DNA of 22,469 bases from Candidatus Melainabacteria bacterium 17Bon1m (GTDB taxonomy: Bacteria > Cyanobacteriota > Vampirovibrionia > Obscuribacterales > Obscuribacteraceae): assembly GCA_032128875.1 (NCBI GenBank), contig JAVLKG010000024.1, positions 1-22,469 on the forward strand, given 5' to 3'. Both the position numbers and the translations under genes were made by a program. The first letter of the stretch is position 1; each line of letters starts with the position of its first letter. Of the stretch, positions 21,001-22,469 are shown one piece after another. A model generated the notes under the pieces. The model was not told the origin of the DNA. It ran no database searches and saw only the letters and a program-made list of their open reading frames with translations.

Positions 21001-22469
21001 AGCTACAGCTTGACTGCAGGTCGCAACGGAGCAGCAGGCAACTTGGTGGTTAATGGAGCTCTTAACGGTTCCAGTAACAACAATGGAGCCGGTGGAGACA
21101 TCACACTGGCGTCTCGCTCGACACAAGCATTCGTTGTCAACTCAACGAATGTGCCGAAGAATGGAACGTTTGGAGCCGTAACGACTGACGATGGTGGTGT
21201 GGTGACAATCTCCAACCTTAATGGTGGAGTGACTCTCACAACCGCTACTTCAGTCAATGCTGATGACCAGAGATACAGCCTCGGCGGCAAGGGTAAATTT
21301 ACGGCTAAGGGCTTCACCGTGAGTGCTCTCGACAATCTGTCGATTAACTCGACTGGCGCCTCTGCACTCACCAACCTTTCAGTCAACACTGCCAATCTCA
21401 GTGTCACGACTGTAGGCGGAACGGTGTCGCTGACCAACGTATTCAACGGCAGCTGGAATTTGGAGGAGGCAACCGGTAAGACGCTGACCATCACGAGCAC
21501 GAGCGGTTCTGTAACTCTGAATGACATGTCAGCAAGCGCTGGAAACATCCTCGTCGTCAACAACGCAGGTAACCTGGTTGTAGCGGCAGATGCAGAAATC
21601 ACAGCAACCAACGGAGCACTAACGCTGCAGAATACAAACCTCAGCGGACAAATCCTCGTTGGAACAAACGCTGTAGTTGAAACCGCTGGAACCAAGGGCA
21701 AAAACACTACTCTCACGGTATCGACAACGATTCCGAAGACTGGAACCAACCCAACCACAACAACCGTTGGCAATATCAACGTGACAGTGGCAGGCGATGG
21801 AGTTGTGTTCTTGGGACCAACGGGCGCCGTCGTCGCTGCCTCGCCTGTGAACGTAAACGCTCTGAACAAGAACGTGATCTTCAACGGTCCAGTTGGCTCG
21901 ATCGTTCTGGGCGCAGGTTCTACAGTCACAGCTGATCCGCCGTCAACAGCGTCGGCAGCAGTGGCAAGTGCTCCAGCGGTAGCAGCAGCTCTGCCAGCTC
22001 AACCTGCAAGCACGAGCGGATTGTTCGGATACGTATCTGAAAACGCAACGGTCACATCAGACCTCAGCGTACTCAGCTTGAATGCTGCACCGCAAATGCA
22101 AGTAGCCAACAACGCTGCGTTGATGACTGCAACCAACACCGCAACATTGGCTGCTCAAGCCGGATTGCCTGTCTCCAACGGAGTGGTCAATATCGGTGCG
22201 ATCAACACCGGAGTGAGCGGATTGGCTAGCGTTGTACGCACGACATCGGTGGACACCGCTGAAGAAGACAATTCATATGTAGTTGGCTTCTGCAGCACGA
22301 CCGGCGAAACTCAAGCCGCAATCTGCACTGATGCAGAAATCGGCATGAACGCTGGAATGCAAGGTGTCCAAACGGTTCAACACGGCGAGCGTGTCGTAAT
22401 CAAGAAAGGCAACGTACTCTTCGTTCCATTCAAGGCTACGACAGTGGAAACACCGAACGGAATCGTCCA
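1..22469 (+). CDS. Giant (>7,489 aa, partial at both ends) filamentous haemagglutinin-like beta-helix repeat surface protein / putative adhesin with C-terminal FecR-like domain
   Basis: Frame 1 reads FDTPVPTALNITNTNGTVSALNGAINIRDQKFNAAFDSNVNGGDFLSNQFNINAGGG... at base 1 and ...ERVVIKKGNVLFVPFKATTVETPNGIV at the end. I found no stop while translating. The ORF track has no frame-1 + ORF, as expected if the frame never closes. The sequence is G/T/N/A/S/V/I/L-rich with alternating hydrophobic beta-strands and GN/GD/GG turns, typical of beta-helical exoproteins. The coding call is near certain; the product name is an inference. Confidence 0.95.
1003..3720 (+). repeat. In-frame 372-bp (124-aa) tandem repeat: 5 near-identical full copies plus 2 diverged copies
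   Basis: QVV(L) codons start at 1117, 1489, 1861, 2233, 2605 and 2977, an exact 372-bp spacing. The unit is approximately QVVLSADGSITGxSTVxGTTVSLTATNGNIGTSAASRVSTNATNLxATANAATVGNGNVWINEADGVxLNASSANKQFLLNTLAAGDxDVQGAVTGNDIxLTTFATGxGNILLNNT. A 42-nt identical run occurs at 2071, 2443 and 2815. Copy 6 diverges after ~3090; copy 7 (~3349-3720) has an extra ~20-aa segment. Confidence 0.97.
4081..4380 (+). repeat. 60-bp (20-aa) tandem repeat, about 5 copies; probable single beta-helix rungs
   Basis: GNVDLDAVVNITTGTTTTTS (4141), GNVTFNANNNINAGTTSTDS (4201), GNITMDAGNNIVTGATSTNT (4261), GTISLDAGGTVSVGDIVSNE (4321), preceded by KNLVIDVGGSITTGTVNSTS (4081). Confidence 0.85.
10618..11450 (+). repeat. 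Dispersed ~280-aa duplication, copy 1 (copy 2 at 13591-14440)
   Basis: ETLNLTSVTGDIG...LSLNAAGDAFVLNSGNVALNASTVGGILSLQTEATPGDGGDI...ISANAGGVNAG...GAIALGSAVTSSGAGNSTSLTS...LNLTSTAGNIG is colinear with copy 2. Confidence 0.75.
13591..14440 (+). repeat. Dispersed ~280-aa duplication, copy 2
   Basis: ETLSLTASAGGIG...LSLNASSDAYVINNGDLNLLGATIGGILNLSTDAGGDGGDI...INANAGGVSSG...GSISLGDTVTASNAGNSISLTS...INLTSTNGNIG; starts 2,973 bp after copy 1. Confidence 0.75.
15118..20090 (+). repeat. In-frame ~1,935-bp (~645-aa) tandem super-repeat, about 2.6 copies (A ~15118-17049, B ~17050-18984, C ~18985-20090 partial)
   Basis: xYxGTN starts at 15121/17053/18988 and QSLAGSGL at 15304/17242/19177. GPW...(F/Y)AN(N/D)PG and LTM(M/I/L)AG(Y/F)xFxPxTGGTQV occur in all three copies. 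NSMNNASF occurs at 16882/18817 (1,935 bp apart), and VTNGANPLSLT.NTGTGDSFI in A and B. Confidence 0.95.
21931..22260 (+). other. End of beta-helix (ADPP) and Ala/Pro/Ser-rich low-complexity linker within the giant CDS
   Basis: ADPPSTASAAVASAPAVAAALPAQPASTSG...; the G-N/D-I turn periodicity is lost after 21940. Confidence 0.75.
22261..22469 (+). other. Start of C-terminal globular domain: Cys-x10-Cys followed by FecR-like beta segment (truncated)
   Basis: EEDNSYVVGFCSTTGETQAAICTD (Cys codons at 22291 and 22324), then ERVVIKKGNVLFVPFKATTVETPNGIV. This resembles the FecR-family pattern v.L..G...F.V.....f.V.Tp.g.v. Only about 28 residues of the FecR-like segment are visible. Confidence 0.5.

Noticed and set aside
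700-21100. RTX / T1SS calcium-binding repeats suggested by GGxG and GDGG motifs
   Set aside because: I found no tandem GGxGxDxLx nonapeptides; the Gly motifs are isolated beta-helix turns.
55-21929. Dozens of minus-strand ORFs (up to 329 aa) tiling the window
   Set aside because: They are shadows of the + strand gene. In the offset antisense frame, stops arise only at T|CA or (T/C)|TA junctions before Gln, His or Tyr codons, which are rare in this protein (e.g. stops at 1116, 1860, 2232, 2604 and 2976 sit on the Gln of QVV). The products are P/V/L/A-rich and mirror the + strand repeats.
1-22000. Very many N-x-S/T sequons suggesting N-glycosylation
   Set aside because: They are expected from the Asn/Thr/Ser-rich composition and Asn ladders of beta-helices. 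Enrichment over a shuffled control cannot be shown here.
20100-22469. CdiA-type toxin, autotransporter barrel, LPxTG or SLH anchor
   Set aside because: No VENN/pre-toxin motif, barrel strands, sortase motif or SLH repeat is visible. The true C-terminus lies outside the window, so these are unsupported rather than excluded.
1-22469. Gene symbol such as fhaB, cdiA or a specific S-layer gene
   Set aside because: Only fold-level resemblance; the diagnostic TPS domain is not in the window, so no orthology is claimed.

Overview
The whole 22,469-bp window is the interior of one gigantic protein-coding gene on the + strand. It lies in frame 1, spans at least 7,489 codons, and is open at both ends. 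The ORF track misses it because no in-frame stop occurs in the window; all listed ORFs are antisense or off-frame shadows. The product is a Gly/Thr/Asn/Ala/Ser/Val-rich, nearly Cys-free, filamentous-haemagglutinin-like parallel beta-helix surface protein built from nested repeats. These include ~20-aa rungs, a ~120-aa module carrying an L-x-L-x-S-x-x-G-x-I-G motif plus a variable loop (about 33 copies), a recent 372-bp tandem array, an older ~280-aa dispersed duplication, and a ~1,935-bp (645-aa) super-repeat in about 2.6 copies. The helix ends at an 'ADPP' motif, followed by an Ala/Pro/Ser linker, a Cys-x10-Cys pair and the start of a FecR-like domain cut off by the window edge. From recall, not a search, the motifs (GGDFLS...DPTFYN near the start; ADPP, linker and KGNVLF..P...VETP.G at the end) resemble giant uncharacterised exoproteins of Candidatus Melainabacteria/Obscuribacterales. 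I found no RNA genes, mobile elements, CRISPR arrays or intergenic DNA.
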